Part shown: positions 16,780 through 30,126 of the stretch, in pieces
How the letters are laid out: each line of letters starts with the position of its first letter
How positions within the stretch are numbered: the stretch's first letter is position 1
Origin: an uncultured Gemmatimonadales bacterium
GTDB taxonomy: Bacteria > Gemmatimonadota > Gemmatimonadetes > Longimicrobiales > RSA9
NCBI GenBank assembly: GCA_963798085.1
Contig: CAWCRS010000005.1
Location: 288,001-352,000 of the forward strand
DNA length: 64,000 nt
Reading direction: 5' to 3'
Position numbers and translations under genes: made by a program
Notes under the pieces: generated by a model
Told to the model about the DNA's origin: nothing
Seen by the model: the letters and a program-made list of their open reading frames with translations, nothing else
Database searches by the model: none

Positions 16780-19452
16780 AACGTGCCGCATCCCCGCGCG
16801 AGCCGCTGGCCGTGGCGCTGTATCGGCGACTGCTCAGGCTGGCGCCAGGCGATGTGGGCGGTCGCTACGCCGATGAAGCGGGCGACGTGTTCTTCGAGCT
16901 GTATGCGGATGCCAGCCGCCGGGGCGGCCGCCTCGGCGGACTGCGCATCCTGATTCGTTCGCTGTTGCTGCTGGCACTCGCCGCTGTACGCGAGTGGCGT
17001 GCAGAACGGCGTAGCGATCCAGGGAGAAAGGGCAGGCGCATGCGTGGCTTCGCGAATGATGTACGCTTCAGCCTGCGCGCGCTGCGCAAGCGTCCGGGCT
17101 TCTCGCTGACGGCGATTCTGATCCTGGCCGTCGGCATTGGTGCGACGACCACCATTTTCAGTGTGGTCGACACGGTCGTGCTGCGGGAGCTGCCCTATCC
17201 GGATGCGGGACGTCTCGTTTATTTCGACAATGGCAGTCACTCCTTCCCCAACTTCCACGCGTGGCAGGGGCTGTCAGCGTTCGAGTCCATTGCCGCTACC
17301 CTTAGCGAGTCCGTCGACCTGGCGGGCGATGGCGAGCCGGAGCGGCTGCCTGCCGCGGCGGTGTCCCCGCACTACTTCCCCATGCTGGGCGCCGGCCCCA
17401 GGCTCGGTCGGCTGTTCCAGGGCGACGATTTCCGGAATGGCAGCAATGTCGCGGCGCTCAGTTATGGCGCGTGGCAGCGGCGCTGGGGCGGTGCCCCGGA
17501 CATCATCGGCAGGACCCTGCGCCTCAATGGTCAACCGCGCGTCATCGTCGGCATTGTGGACGCGTCGTTCCAGCCGCCGGAAGTGGACGTCGGCGGGCGT
17601 GTGGACGTGTGGCTGCCGCTGGATGATGGCGGCGCCATCGCGAACGACCGCGGCTATCATGTGCTGGGCGTGGTGGGCCGTCTGGCTGCGGGCACAGCGC
17701 TGGCGACGGCGCAGGCGCAGATCGACGCGCAGCGTGCCGCGGACGCGGAAATCGACCCGCAACAGTATCGCCGGCGCGACGGCACGATCGTGAAGGTGCC
17801 GCTGGTGCCGCTGCGCGAAGCCACTGTGCGCGAGGTGCGCGGCACGCTGTTCCAGCTGCTGGGCGCGGTCGGTCTGCTGCTGCTGATCGCCTGCGCCAAT
17901 GTGGCTAACCTGCTGTTGGCGCGCGGCACATCACGCACGCGCGAGATCGCGTTGCGCAGCGCACTGGGCGCCGGACGCTGGCGCATTGCCCGGCATGTGC
18001 TGCTGGAAGGCACGCTGCTGGCGCTGCTGGGCGGCGCCCTGGGTGTGCTGCTGGCGTGGGCCGGTGTGCTCGCGTTCGCGCGTTTCCATCCGCCCGACAT
18101 TCCGCGCATTCGATCGGCTCGCGGTGGACCCGCGCATTCTCCTGTTCACGGCGTGTGTTGCCGTGGCGACCGGCATGGTGTTCGGCAGTCTGCCCGCGCT
18201 GCAGGCAGCCCGTGCGAACGTGGGTGCTGCGCTCAAGGAGAGTGCGGCGGCCGTCACCACCGGCCGGCGAGGGCGGCAGGTGCGGGGCGGGCTGGTGATC
18301 ACGGAGATCGCGCTCGCGCTGATACTGATGACGGGGGCCGGGCTGCTCTTCCGCACGTTCGTGCGCATTCTGCAGGTCGATCCCGGCTTCGACGCGCAGC
18401 AGCTCATTGTGCTGCCGCTGGACCTGGATGCGGGGTTCGACGGCGCACAGCGCGTGCAGTTCACGCAACAGCTGCTGGAAGGGATCCGCGGGCTCCCGGG
18501 CGTTACCGACGCCATGGCCGGGCCGACCATTCCCTTCAGGTTCACCGGCAACAGCCGCTGCTGCTGGTCCACCGCGGTGCAGGGCGATCCGGCCTTCGCC
18601 AGCGCCGACCATCAGGACCGTTTCATGATTCATCCCATAACAGCGGATTACTTCGCCACGCTGCATGCGAAGCTGCTGGCGGGCCGTGATTTCACGAAGG
18701 CCGATGGCACGTCGGGCCCGCCCCTTGCGATACTCAATGCCAGCGCCGCGCGCGCCCTGTTCGGCGCTGCCGATGTGGTGGGCCGACCGATCACGCTGGC
18801 CAAGCAACAGTTGACTGTGATTGGCGTAGAGAACGACCTGCATCACTGGGGTCTGACGCAGCCGCCGGGCAACAACGTGTACGTGCCGTATGCGCGCTTC
18901 GCCGGCGATTTCCCGATGCTGAGTGTCGCGGTGCGTGCTTCCATGCCCGTGGCGGCGCTGGCGCCGGCGTTGCGCAGCGTGGTGTGGCGCCTCAAGCCGG
19001 ATCTGCCGATCGGCTCGATCCAGACGATGGAGCAGCGTGTTTCCGGCTCGCTCGCGAGCCAGCGCTTTCTCGCGCTCCTGTTCGGTGTATTCGCGTGTGT
19101 GTCGCTGCTGCTGGCCTGCGCCGGCATTTACAGCTCGATGCTGTACGCCGTCGGACAGCGTTCCCGCGAAATGGGGGTTCGTCTTGCGCTGGGCGCGAGT
19201 GCACGCGAGATCGTAGGCATGATTCTGCGATCCGGTCTGCTGATCGCGATCGCGGGCATCGGCATCGGGCTTGGCGTTGCGGCGGCGGTCTCGCGCATCA
19301 TGACCAGCATGCTGTGGAACGTGCCTCCGACGGATCCGCTCACCTACGCGGCGGCGGGGATCATTCTCGGAGCAACGGCTCTGCTGGCCTGTCTCGGGCC
19401 AGCGCTCAGGGCCGCGCGCACGGATCCGCTGAGGACGATGCGCGCCGACTGA
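16776..19452 (+). CDS. Duplicated orphan ABC permease (ADOP/MacB-FtsX type); single +1 frameshift near 18110
   Basis: DVRFSLRALRKRPGF..LAVGIGATTTIFS, LLIACANVANLLLAR, then in the next frame DPRILLF..VDPGFD..QRSREMGVRLALGA..DPLRTMRAD. Removing one base gives 892 codons. Confidence 0.88.
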
Positions 19453-19471
19453 TCGCGTGCGCGCAGCGCCC

Positions 19472-20041
19472 ATGCCGCACACGTGGACAACGGCGGAGGT
19501 GCGTGTGCAGCGTGAGGAACTGCGGTCGCTGCTGGCGGAGGGCTTCGACGGGAAGGCGTGGCATGGTCCGACGCTGCGCAGTGCACTGCAGGGCGTGCGT
19601 GCAGAGGAAGCGCTGTGGCGGCCGGGCAGGGGCAGGCACTGCATTTGGGAGATCGTGCTGCACTGTGCCTTCTGGAAGCTGCGTGTGCTGGGGCGGGTTT
19701 CCGGCGAGCGGGAGCGCTTCCCCCGGCCGGGCGCGAATTTCCCCAGCCTGCCCCAGCCTGCCGACGAGTCCGCGTGGCGCGCCGACTGCGCGCTGCTGGA
19801 GGCAATGCACGCGCGGCTGCTGCGTTATGTGGGCCGCACGCGCAAGAGCGAGCTGGACGCTCCCTTTTCGGCAAAGCCCGGGTCTCGCCGGCGGCAACTG
19901 ATCGGCATTGCCTTCCACGATGTCTATCATGCCGGGCAGATCCGTTTGCTGCGGCGCCTGTATGATGCAGCACACACGCAGCCGGTGCGCGGCAACGCGT
20001 TGCGGCGGACGCGCAGCCGCCCGGCGGGCGGGACCGGATGA
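19472..20041 (+). CDS. DinB/YfiT-family metalloprotein
   Basis: AWHGP, HCIWEIVLH, HDVYHAGQI. Alternative GTG start at 19505 behind GGAGGT. Confidence 0.85.
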   Translation: MPHTWTTAEVRVQREELRSLLAEGFDGKAWHGPTLRSALQGVRAEEALWRPGRGRHCIWEIVLHCAFWKLRVLGRVSGERERFPRPGANFPSLPQPADESAWRADCALLEAMHARLLRYVGRTRKSELDAPFSAKPGSRRRQLIGIAFHDVYHAGQIRLLRRLYDAAHTQPVRGNALRRTRSRPAGGTG

Positions 20042-20293
20042 TCGAAGACCCATTGTCGCCTGCACTCCATAATCCTTCTGCAGTTGCTGCATGCACTTCT
20101 GAAGACACGCGCCAACTCGTGACGTGAGCAGCGCCTGCGCGCCGCGCGTCACGCGACAGCGGCTGTCTGTTGCAGCGGCCGCCGGCGCGCGTCGGGCCGG
20201 CGGGCCTTTCCCTGCGCGCCGGTCGCGCCCATAATCTCCCAGCGCAGCGTTCGTGCGAACGTTGGCCGTTCCCGTCACGCAGGAGTGGGTCCC

Positions 20294-21250
20294 ATGACGA
20301 CGCGGCTGGTGGAGACGGAGTGGATCTGGAAGGACGGCGAGTTCATTCCCTGGGCCGATGCGCGGGTCCATGTTCTGAGTCTCGCGGTGCAGTTCGGTTC
20401 ATCGGTATTCGAGGGCATTCGCTGCTACAAGACGCCGGACGGCCCTGCAGTCTTCCGCCTCACCGATCACATCCGGCGGCTCTTCGATTCCGCGCGCATT
20501 TATCGTATGGATCCCGGCTTCACACCGGAGGAGATCATAGCCGCGTGTGCCGAGACCATCACGCGCAACGGACTCGAGCACTGCTACGTGCGGCCCATGG
20601 TGCTGCGTGGCTACGGTTCGGCCGGCATGAATCCGGTGGGCACACCGGTGGAGGCGTACATCTGCACGTTCCCGTGGGGCACGTATCTGGGCGAGGGCGC
20701 ACTGGAGAGCGGGGTCGACGTTTGCATTTCCTCGTGGCAGCGTCCCGAGCCCAACACGTACCCGACGCTGGCGAAGAGTGCGGGTCACTACAACAACAGC
20801 CAGCTCATCAAGGCGGAGGCGGTGCTCAACGGCTATGCGGAGGCGATCGCGCTGGGACCGGGCGGACTGGTGAGCGAGGGCAGCGGCCAGAACGTGTTCC
20901 TCGTGCGTGACGGCGTGCTGCTTACGCCGCCCATTGATGGCACATCCCTGTCCGGCATAACGCGCGACAGCATCATCAGGCTGGCGCGCGATCTCGGCAT
21001 TGCGGTGCGCGAGTTACCGATACCGCGCGAAATGCTGTACACGGCGGACGAGGCGTTCTTCTGCGGCACGGCCGCAGAGGTCACGCCCATCCGCAGCGTG
21101 GATCGTATTCCCGTGGGCGCCGGCCGCATGGGCCCGGTCACGCGCCGCGTGCAGCAGCGCTTCATGCAGACGGTGCACGGCGAGATCGCGGATACGCACG
21201 AGTGGCTCTATCGTGTGCCCGCGGCGGCGTCGGCGCTGGCCGCGCACTGA
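20294..21250 (+). CDS. ilvE: Branched-chain amino acid aminotransferase
   Basis: IWKDGEFIPW, VFEGIRCY, AKSAGHY, SEGSGQN, LSGITR, EAFFCGTAAEVTPI; AGGAG RBS. Confidence 0.95.
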   Translation: MTTRLVETEWIWKDGEFIPWADARVHVLSLAVQFGSSVFEGIRCYKTPDGPAVFRLTDHIRRLFDSARIYRMDPGFTPEEIIAACAETITRNGLEHCYVRPMVLRGYGSAGMNPVGTPVEAYICTFPWGTYLGEGALESGVDVCISSWQRPEPNTYPTLAKSAGHYNNSQLIKAEAVLNGYAEAIALGPGGLVSEGSGQNVFLVRDGVLLTPPIDGTSLSGITRDSIIRLARDLGIAVRELPIPREMLYTADEAFFCGTAAEVTPIRSVDRIPVGAGRMGPVTRRVQQRFMQTVHGEIADTHEWLYRVPAAASALAAH

Positions 21251-21322
21251 GGCGAGGCGGGCTCCGCCGCCTGGCCGGCCGTAGCGCCCTGCGGGCCCGG
21301 CCGACTGCGCTCTAACATGCTG

Positions 21323-23707
<2,385 letters not shown>

Positions 23708-23740
23708 GTTGCCCGCACGCGCTCGCGCTTCACGGATTCG

Positions 23741-24775
23741 TCATTCGTCGGCCGCAGTTGTGCCTGTCCGGCGGAAATGAGTATACCCCGCCAGTGACCG
23801 GGTTCGCTCGCTGCCATCGAGGTTGAGCCACGAGACGCCCCGCCCTGTGGCGACGCGGCCAACGCGCGTGAGAGGCAGTGCGAATTGCTGCTCGAATGCG
23901 TTTCGCTGCCCTGCCATTTCCCCGGCCGGCGCGGCAAAGCACAGCTCGTAGTCTTCGCCGCCGCTCACGGCCAGCTCGGCAATCTGTTCGCGATTCAATG
24001 TCATGGCTCGCACGACCGGCGCGAGCGGCACCGCGGCCAGCTCCATCTGGATGTGCACGCCGCTGGCGGCGGCCAGGTGGCCAGCGTCGCCGGCGAGGCC
24101 GTCAGACACGTCGATCGCCGCGTGCAGCAGTCCTCGCTCCTGCAGCCAGAGCGCTTCCTGAATGCGTGCGACCGGGCGTTTGAACGCGTGCACCGCGTCC
24201 GCCGGCGGCTCGTCGCCCTGAAGCCAGCTGCGTACGGCGACGGCAGCGCCGCCCAGCTCGCCGGTAACCCATATCTCGTCGCCAGGCCGTGCACCTGCCC
24301 GCGAGACATCGCCCGCAGGCGTGCCGGCCACTGTCAAGCTGACGATTGCGGGCCCGGGCGACGCCGAGACATCGCCACCAAGCAGGAGCGCACCGCAGGC
24401 AGCCGCGGCTTCGCTCACGCCGGCCATGACGGCCAGCGCGAAGTCTGGCCCATCGGCGGGGCTCACGGCAACCGTGGCGAGCAGCCCGATGGGTCGGGCC
24501 GCGGCCGCGGCCAGGTCGCTCAACGCCGCCGTTGCGGCCCGGTAGCCGATCTGCTGCGGCGTCATCCAGCTTCGCCGGAAATGTACATCTTCGATGGACG
24601 CATCGGTGCTGAGCGCGAGGCGCCCGGCGGCAAGTATGGCGCAGTCGCTGCCCGGACCGGTGATAATGCGCGCGGCGCGCGCCGTGTCCAGCGTTCCGCG
24701 TGTGCGCGCATCCTGCTCCAGCACCTGCCGGATCAGCTCGAATTCCGCACCCTCGCCCAGTGCCAGCAGCCGCAT
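23741..24775 (-). CDS. thiL: Thiamine-monophosphate kinase
   Basis: EFELI, GPGSDCA, EDVHF, LSDLAA, LLGGD, AIDVSDGL, GGEDYELCF; TGATG coupling to the upstream gene. Confidence 0.92.
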   Translation of the reverse strand: MRLLALGEGAEFELIRQVLEQDARTRGTLDTARAARIITGPGSDCAILAAGRLALSTDASIEDVHFRRSWMTPQQIGYRAATAALSDLAAAAARPIGLLATVAVSPADGPDFALAVMAGVSEAAAACGALLLGGDVSASPGPAIVSLTVAGTPAGDVSRAGARPGDEIWVTGELGGAAVAVRSWLQGDEPPADAVHAFKRPVARIQEALWLQERGLLHAAIDVSDGLAGDAGHLAAASGVHIQMELAAVPLAPVVRAMTLNREQIAELAVSGGEDYELCFAAPAGEMAGQRNAFEQQFALPLTRVGRVATGRGVSWLNLDGSERTRSLAGYTHFRRTGTTAADE

Positions 24776-26346
24776 CAGTGGCGCCAGTGCAGGCGGACGG
24801 CGCCGGCCGGCGTAGCGGCCCACACGTCATCGCCGACCGGCAGCACGTCGACGACGGGACCTGCCGTGATGTCATCGGGCACGGTGTACGCCTCCCAGCG
24901 ACCGGACTGCGCGTCCCTGCGCGCAATGCCGCGCGGTCCCGCAACCCACAGCGTTTCCCCCTGCTGCGCCAGACGCAGCGCCGGCCCGATGCGATCGAGC
25001 GCGGCATCACGCAGGGCGCCGGAGGGTGGTCCGTCCGCGCGGTACAGATCGCCTTCGACGATGGCGAAGGTGGCACTGTCGCTGACCGCGACATCGTTCA
25101 CCCGACCGCGTAATGCCGGGTTAGTCGAATACGCGGCGGGCGCCGTACCCGGCGGCTGACCCGGCGCCAGTACCCAGAGGCCGCGGTCGGTCGCCAGGAA
25201 CAGCGAATCGTGGCGCGCGGCGAGGCGGGCCACGCGCTGCCCGGCAAAGAGCGCGGGACTGGGCCGGCCCGTCGAGTCGAGCACGGCCAGGCCGCGGTCA
25301 GTGCCGATCCAGAGATGTCCCTGTGCCGGGAGCAGACAGCGTGCTGCATCGGTGGGCAGCCCCTCGCGACCGGTGAACCGGGTCCAGGCTGCGCCGCCCG
25401 TCGCGTCGGGCCGCCGGCTCGTGTCGAGTCGGTAGAGCCCGTCACTGGCCGCGAACCAGAGGACGCCGAAGGCCGGGACGATTTCCGCGACGAACCCCGA
25501 GGGCGCGCCGTCGCCTGAATCGAACTGCTGCCATTCTCCCAGCTCCGGGTCCGCCACCGCCACGCCGCGGCGCACCCCACGTCCATCCGAGCCGAACCAG
25601 AGCCGGCCTGCGACGAATGCGACGGAGGCGGCGCCTGCACCCGCGAGGCCGTAGCGCAACCAGTCGCGCCGGTCCATGCGACGATCGTAGTGCAGCACCC
25701 CACCGCCGGCCGTGGCGATCCAGTACTCGCCGGGCTCCGGGCCAGTGGCCACATCGGTCATGGTCCAGCGCCGCAGCCGCGGGTCGAGCCCGAGCGTGCC
25801 CTGCGCGGCTCGAAAGAACGGGTCATTCGGCGTGGGCTGAGCGGCGCTGAGTACCGGCGCCGGCACGGAGGCGGGCGACACCGGCTCGGCAATCAGCGAA
25901 GTGCTCTGCAGGCGCTGCCATTCGCCGCCCGCGTGGACGTAGATCACGCCTTCGCGCGGCCATGGCACAATGGCATCGATGGCGCCGCGACCGTTGACCG
26001 GAGCCCGGTCCCAGCGGCCGAAGCCGGGCACGGATGTGTAGAGGTCTCCCGCATCGGTGCCGAGCCAGATCGCGCCACCAGCCGCATCGTACGCGACGGC
26101 AGCGGGCCGGGTCGCGATCATCTCGATGGGAAGTGGGACCGGCGGCTTCCAGCGCTTGAAGACGATGTCCCAGATCAGCACGCCGAAGGGCGCAGCGGCG
26201 TAAACCTCGCGCGTGCCGGCGGCAATCCCTGTGATGATGCCGCCATCACTCACCAGGACGCGTTCGTCCGGCTGCCAGAAATGGCGTTGCGCGACCAGGC
26301 CGCGAGGCAGGACCAGGCAGGTGAGCAGCGCCGCGGCCTGGAGCAT
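24775..26346 (-). CDS. Exported beta-propeller protein (regulator-propeller-like repeats)
   Basis: Signal-like N-terminus; repeated WLGTDAG, WIATAGGG, WFGSDGRG, WFAASDG, WIGTDRG, FLATDRG, WVAGPRG, WAATPAG. Confidence 0.75.
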   Translation of the reverse strand: MLQAAALLTCLVLPRGLVAQRHFWQPDERVLVSDGGIITGIAAGTREVYAAAPFGVLIWDIVFKRWKPPVPLPIEMIATRPAAVAYDAAGGAIWLGTDAGDLYTSVPGFGRWDRAPVNGRGAIDAIVPWPREGVIYVHAGGEWQRLQSTSLIAEPVSPASVPAPVLSAAQPTPNDPFFRAAQGTLGLDPRLRRWTMTDVATGPEPGEYWIATAGGGVLHYDRRMDRRDWLRYGLAGAGAASVAFVAGRLWFGSDGRGVRRGVAVADPELGEWQQFDSGDGAPSGFVAEIVPAFGVLWFAASDGLYRLDTSRRPDATGGAAWTRFTGREGLPTDAARCLLPAQGHLWIGTDRGLAVLDSTGRPSPALFAGQRVARLAARHDSLFLATDRGLWVLAPGQPPGTAPAAYSTNPALRGRVNDVAVSDSATFAIVEGDLYRADGPPSGALRDAALDRIGPALRLAQQGETLWVAGPRGIARRDAQSGRWEAYTVPDDITAGPVVDVLPVGDDVWAATPAGAVRLHWRH

Positions 26347-26357
26347 CCTGCCGCGTC

Positions 26358-27929
26358 TCACCACCGTGGCGGCTGATCGAAAGTGACGAATGGCAGGCGG
26401 AGCGGGCTTTCGTCGAGGCCGGGCCGATCGAATGCCGCGTGCAGCGACTCGGAAACGTCCATGGGACCGAGCGAGCGGCCCATGTGTGCGAGATCGGCAG
26501 CGCGGCTGCTGTAGAAAATGCCTGCCGCTGCGGCCTCGCGCGGCGGCAGTCCTGCAGCGAGCAGAGCGCCGATGACGCCGGACAGCTGGTCGCCCATGCC
26601 GGCCGCAGCCACATCGGAGGAGCCAGCGGTATTGACGAGGAGAGGCTGATCCGGCGCTGCGATCAGCGACGGCTGCCCCTTGAGCAGGACCACGCAGCCG
26701 AAGCGGCGTGCGGCATCGCGTGCGGCGGACACGGGGTCCGGCAGGATGTCGGCAACGGCGCGGCCGGTGAGGCGTGACAGTTCGAGCGGGTGCGGCGTGA
26801 TGATCGCGCCGCGGGAGCGCGCCACGCGCGCCAGCCATTCCGGATCCCGTGCGAAGAGATTGATCGCGTCGGCATCGAAGGAAACCGGTCGCGATCCGGT
26901 GAGCGCGAGCGCGTCCTCGAGAGCCCGGCGCGCGCTGTCGTCGGTGCCAATGCCGGGCCCGGCGAGGAGCGCGTGCATCGTGCCCATGTCCGCGGGATCG
27001 AGCGCAGTGCGGTCGACGAATGTGGCTTCCGGCACGACGCTCTGCAGCACCAGCCGGTTGGAAGCGGCGGAGGCGACGCGCACCAGTCCGGCGCCGGCGC
27101 GCTGCGCCGCGCGACTGGCCAGTGCGGCGGCACCGGCCATGCCCTCGCTTCCCGCAAGCAGCAGCAGACGACCGGAGGTGCCCTTGTGCGCCGAGGGCGG
27201 CCGGCGAGGAAGTCGTGCGGCTGCCCAGTCCGGCGTGATCAGCTGCGCCGTATGGGGTCCGCTCGGCGTCAGTGGGGGAAAACCGATCTCGACGGCGACG
27301 AGACGGCCGCACTGCTGGCGTGCCGGCTGCAGCAGCAGACCGATCTTGGGCCAGCCGAATGTGATGGTGGTGTGGGCTGCGATGGCGTCATCGCTGACGC
27401 GGCCGGTTTCCGCATCGACCCCCGATGGCAGATCGAGTGCGACGATGGGCCGTTCACTGGCATTGAGTGCGCGAATCGCTTCGGCGGCGGGCGAGCGTGG
27501 CGCGCCGCGCGCGCCGGTGCCGAGAATGCCATCCACGAGCACGTCGCCAGCTGCGAGCGCCGCGTCCGTTGCGAGCGGTTCGATCGGAATGTCGAAACCG
27601 TGGGTGAGTGCGGCAGCGGGCGGCTGCGATCCGGCCTGCACAATGGACACGTCGCGGCCCCAGGCGAGCAGGACGCGAGCCAGAACGAGCGCGTCGCCTC
27701 CATTGTTGCCGGAGCCTGCCGCGACCACCACGCGACCGCGGGGAAAGATGCGGTGCAGTACCAGCGCGGCGGCGCGTCCTGCCGATTCCATGAGGACGCG
27801 TTCGGGCACGTCCTGCTTTTCACGCGCGGCGCGATCGAGTGCCGCGGCTTCTGCCGGCGTGACCAGCGCCACGCTTTCGCGACCGAAAACGTCGCGCGCG
27901 TTGTCTCGCCTGCCGTGCCGCGGGCTCAT
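26358..27929 (-). CDS. nnr: Bifunctional NAD(P)H-hydrate epimerase/dehydratase (YjeF)
   Basis: LMESAG, GSGNNGGD, DGILGTG, DLPSG, HKGTSG, DADA, ITPH, VLLKG, AGMGD. Confidence 0.93.
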   Translation of the reverse strand: MSPRHGRRDNARDVFGRESVALVTPAEAAALDRAAREKQDVPERVLMESAGRAAALVLHRIFPRGRVVVAAGSGNNGGDALVLARVLLAWGRDVSIVQAGSQPPAAALTHGFDIPIEPLATDAALAAGDVLVDGILGTGARGAPRSPAAEAIRALNASERPIVALDLPSGVDAETGRVSDDAIAAHTTITFGWPKIGLLLQPARQQCGRLVAVEIGFPPLTPSGPHTAQLITPDWAAARLPRRPPSAHKGTSGRLLLLAGSEGMAGAAALASRAAQRAGAGLVRVASAASNRLVLQSVVPEATFVDRTALDPADMGTMHALLAGPGIGTDDSARRALEDALALTGSRPVSFDADAINLFARDPEWLARVARSRGAIITPHPLELSRLTGRAVADILPDPVSAARDAARRFGCVVLLKGQPSLIAAPDQPLLVNTAGSSDVAAAGMGDQLSGVIGALLAAGLPPREAAAAGIFYSSRAADLAHMGRSLGPMDVSESLHAAFDRPGLDESPLRLPFVTFDQPPRW

Positions 27930-27944
27930 TCCGCGCCGGGCTTG

Positions 27945-28148
27945 TTACTTGTAGCTCTGGCCGATCGTCCGACCGAAGCTGATCTCACCGTTGTCGATCC
28001 GGATATTGAAACCGCACTCCGGATTCGAGCAGACCCACGCTTTGTAGGTAATGGGAGCACCGTCCCGGCCATAATCCGAGAGCGGAAGCATGGTACCCGT
28101 CTTGCACTTCTGGCACTCCGGGAATTGAAACGGTGATTCGGCCGCCAT
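27945..28148 (-). CDS. Small zinc-ribbon-like protein (67 aa)
   Basis: CQKC...CSNPEC; GAGGGGAGGGG RBS; TATAAT upstream (28220-28215). Confidence 0.8.
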   Translation of the reverse strand: MAAESPFQFPECQKCKTGTMLPLSDYGRDGAPITYKAWVCSNPECGFNIRIDNGEISFGRTIGQSYK

Positions 28149-28256
28149 GACTCAACCCCTCCCCTCAACGTGACAACGTACCCAGCCGCAAACTGCGGAC
28201 CGGCGCGGCATCGCATTATAGTCTGCCTCGCGGAGCGCGTTCCCTCGATGCCCACC

Positions 28257-28640
28257 CTAACCGCCTCGCCCGCCCCACGGATAATCCTGCTCGAACGCAT
28301 CATCGAAATCAAACACATTGGCAAAATCCTGCAGCGAATCGTCGTCCTGCTTGATGAGGATGCCACATTCGACGAGCGCAAAGACGATGGCGCCCACATC
28401 GGTGGTGGCGTGGATGCCCCAGTGTTCGATGACGGTCCTGGCCATCGGCCCGAAGCGGGCCAGCGCCAGGTCACGCACGCCCTTCGCCAGCTCGCGCCCG
28501 CTGATGTGGCGAGGCTCGGGCAGACGCTCGATCACGTGATGCAGCGAGGACAGCACGAACAGGTATGCCGATTCGTGAAACTGCGGGTTGCGGTCGCGCA
28601 GGCGCTCGAGTGTCGAATCGTCGAGGAACGGACCGTTCAT
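28257..28640 (-). CDS. Minf_1886-family conserved protein
   Basis: AYLFVL..RHISGREL..ALARFGPMARTVIEHWGI..DVGAIVFALVE..QDFANVFDF; family recognised from memory. Confidence 0.8.
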   Translation of the reverse strand: MNGPFLDDSTLERLRDRNPQFHESAYLFVLSSLHHVIERLPEPRHISGRELAKGVRDLALARFGPMARTVIEHWGIHATTDVGAIVFALVECGILIKQDDDSLQDFANVFDFDDAFEQDYPWGGRGG

Positions 28641-28651
28641 CCTGTCCGCAC

Positions 28652-29920
<1,269 letters not shown>

Positions 29921-29950
29921 CGTTTCCTGTCAGTCTTCTGGGTGGATGTC

Positions 29951-30112
29951 CCCGAGAAAAGTCTCTGGGGCTCGGGCTGGGGCTGGGACTGGCAGTTTGC
30001 GCGGCGAGACGCTCGACGCGTCAATCCCGGCTTCGCCGCCGCGACCGATGTTCGGTGACAAGCAGTTCATTCCATTCAACCCCAGCCCCAGCCCGAGCCC
30101 CAGCCCGAGAAA
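29951..30112. repeat. Intergenic inverted-repeat element built from CCC(C/G)AG hexamers
   Basis: Perfect 23-bp inverted repeat 29965-29987 / 30081-30103 enclosing 93 nt; flanking direct repeat CCCGAGAAA at 29951-29959 and 30104-30112. Confidence 0.8.
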
Positions 30113-30126
30113 CGTGTCTCGTTTGT

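Noticed and set aside
24775..27312. 845-aa ORF overlapping nnr
   Set aside because: The first 320 or so residues are an Arg-rich alternative frame of nnr; the real protein starts near 26346.
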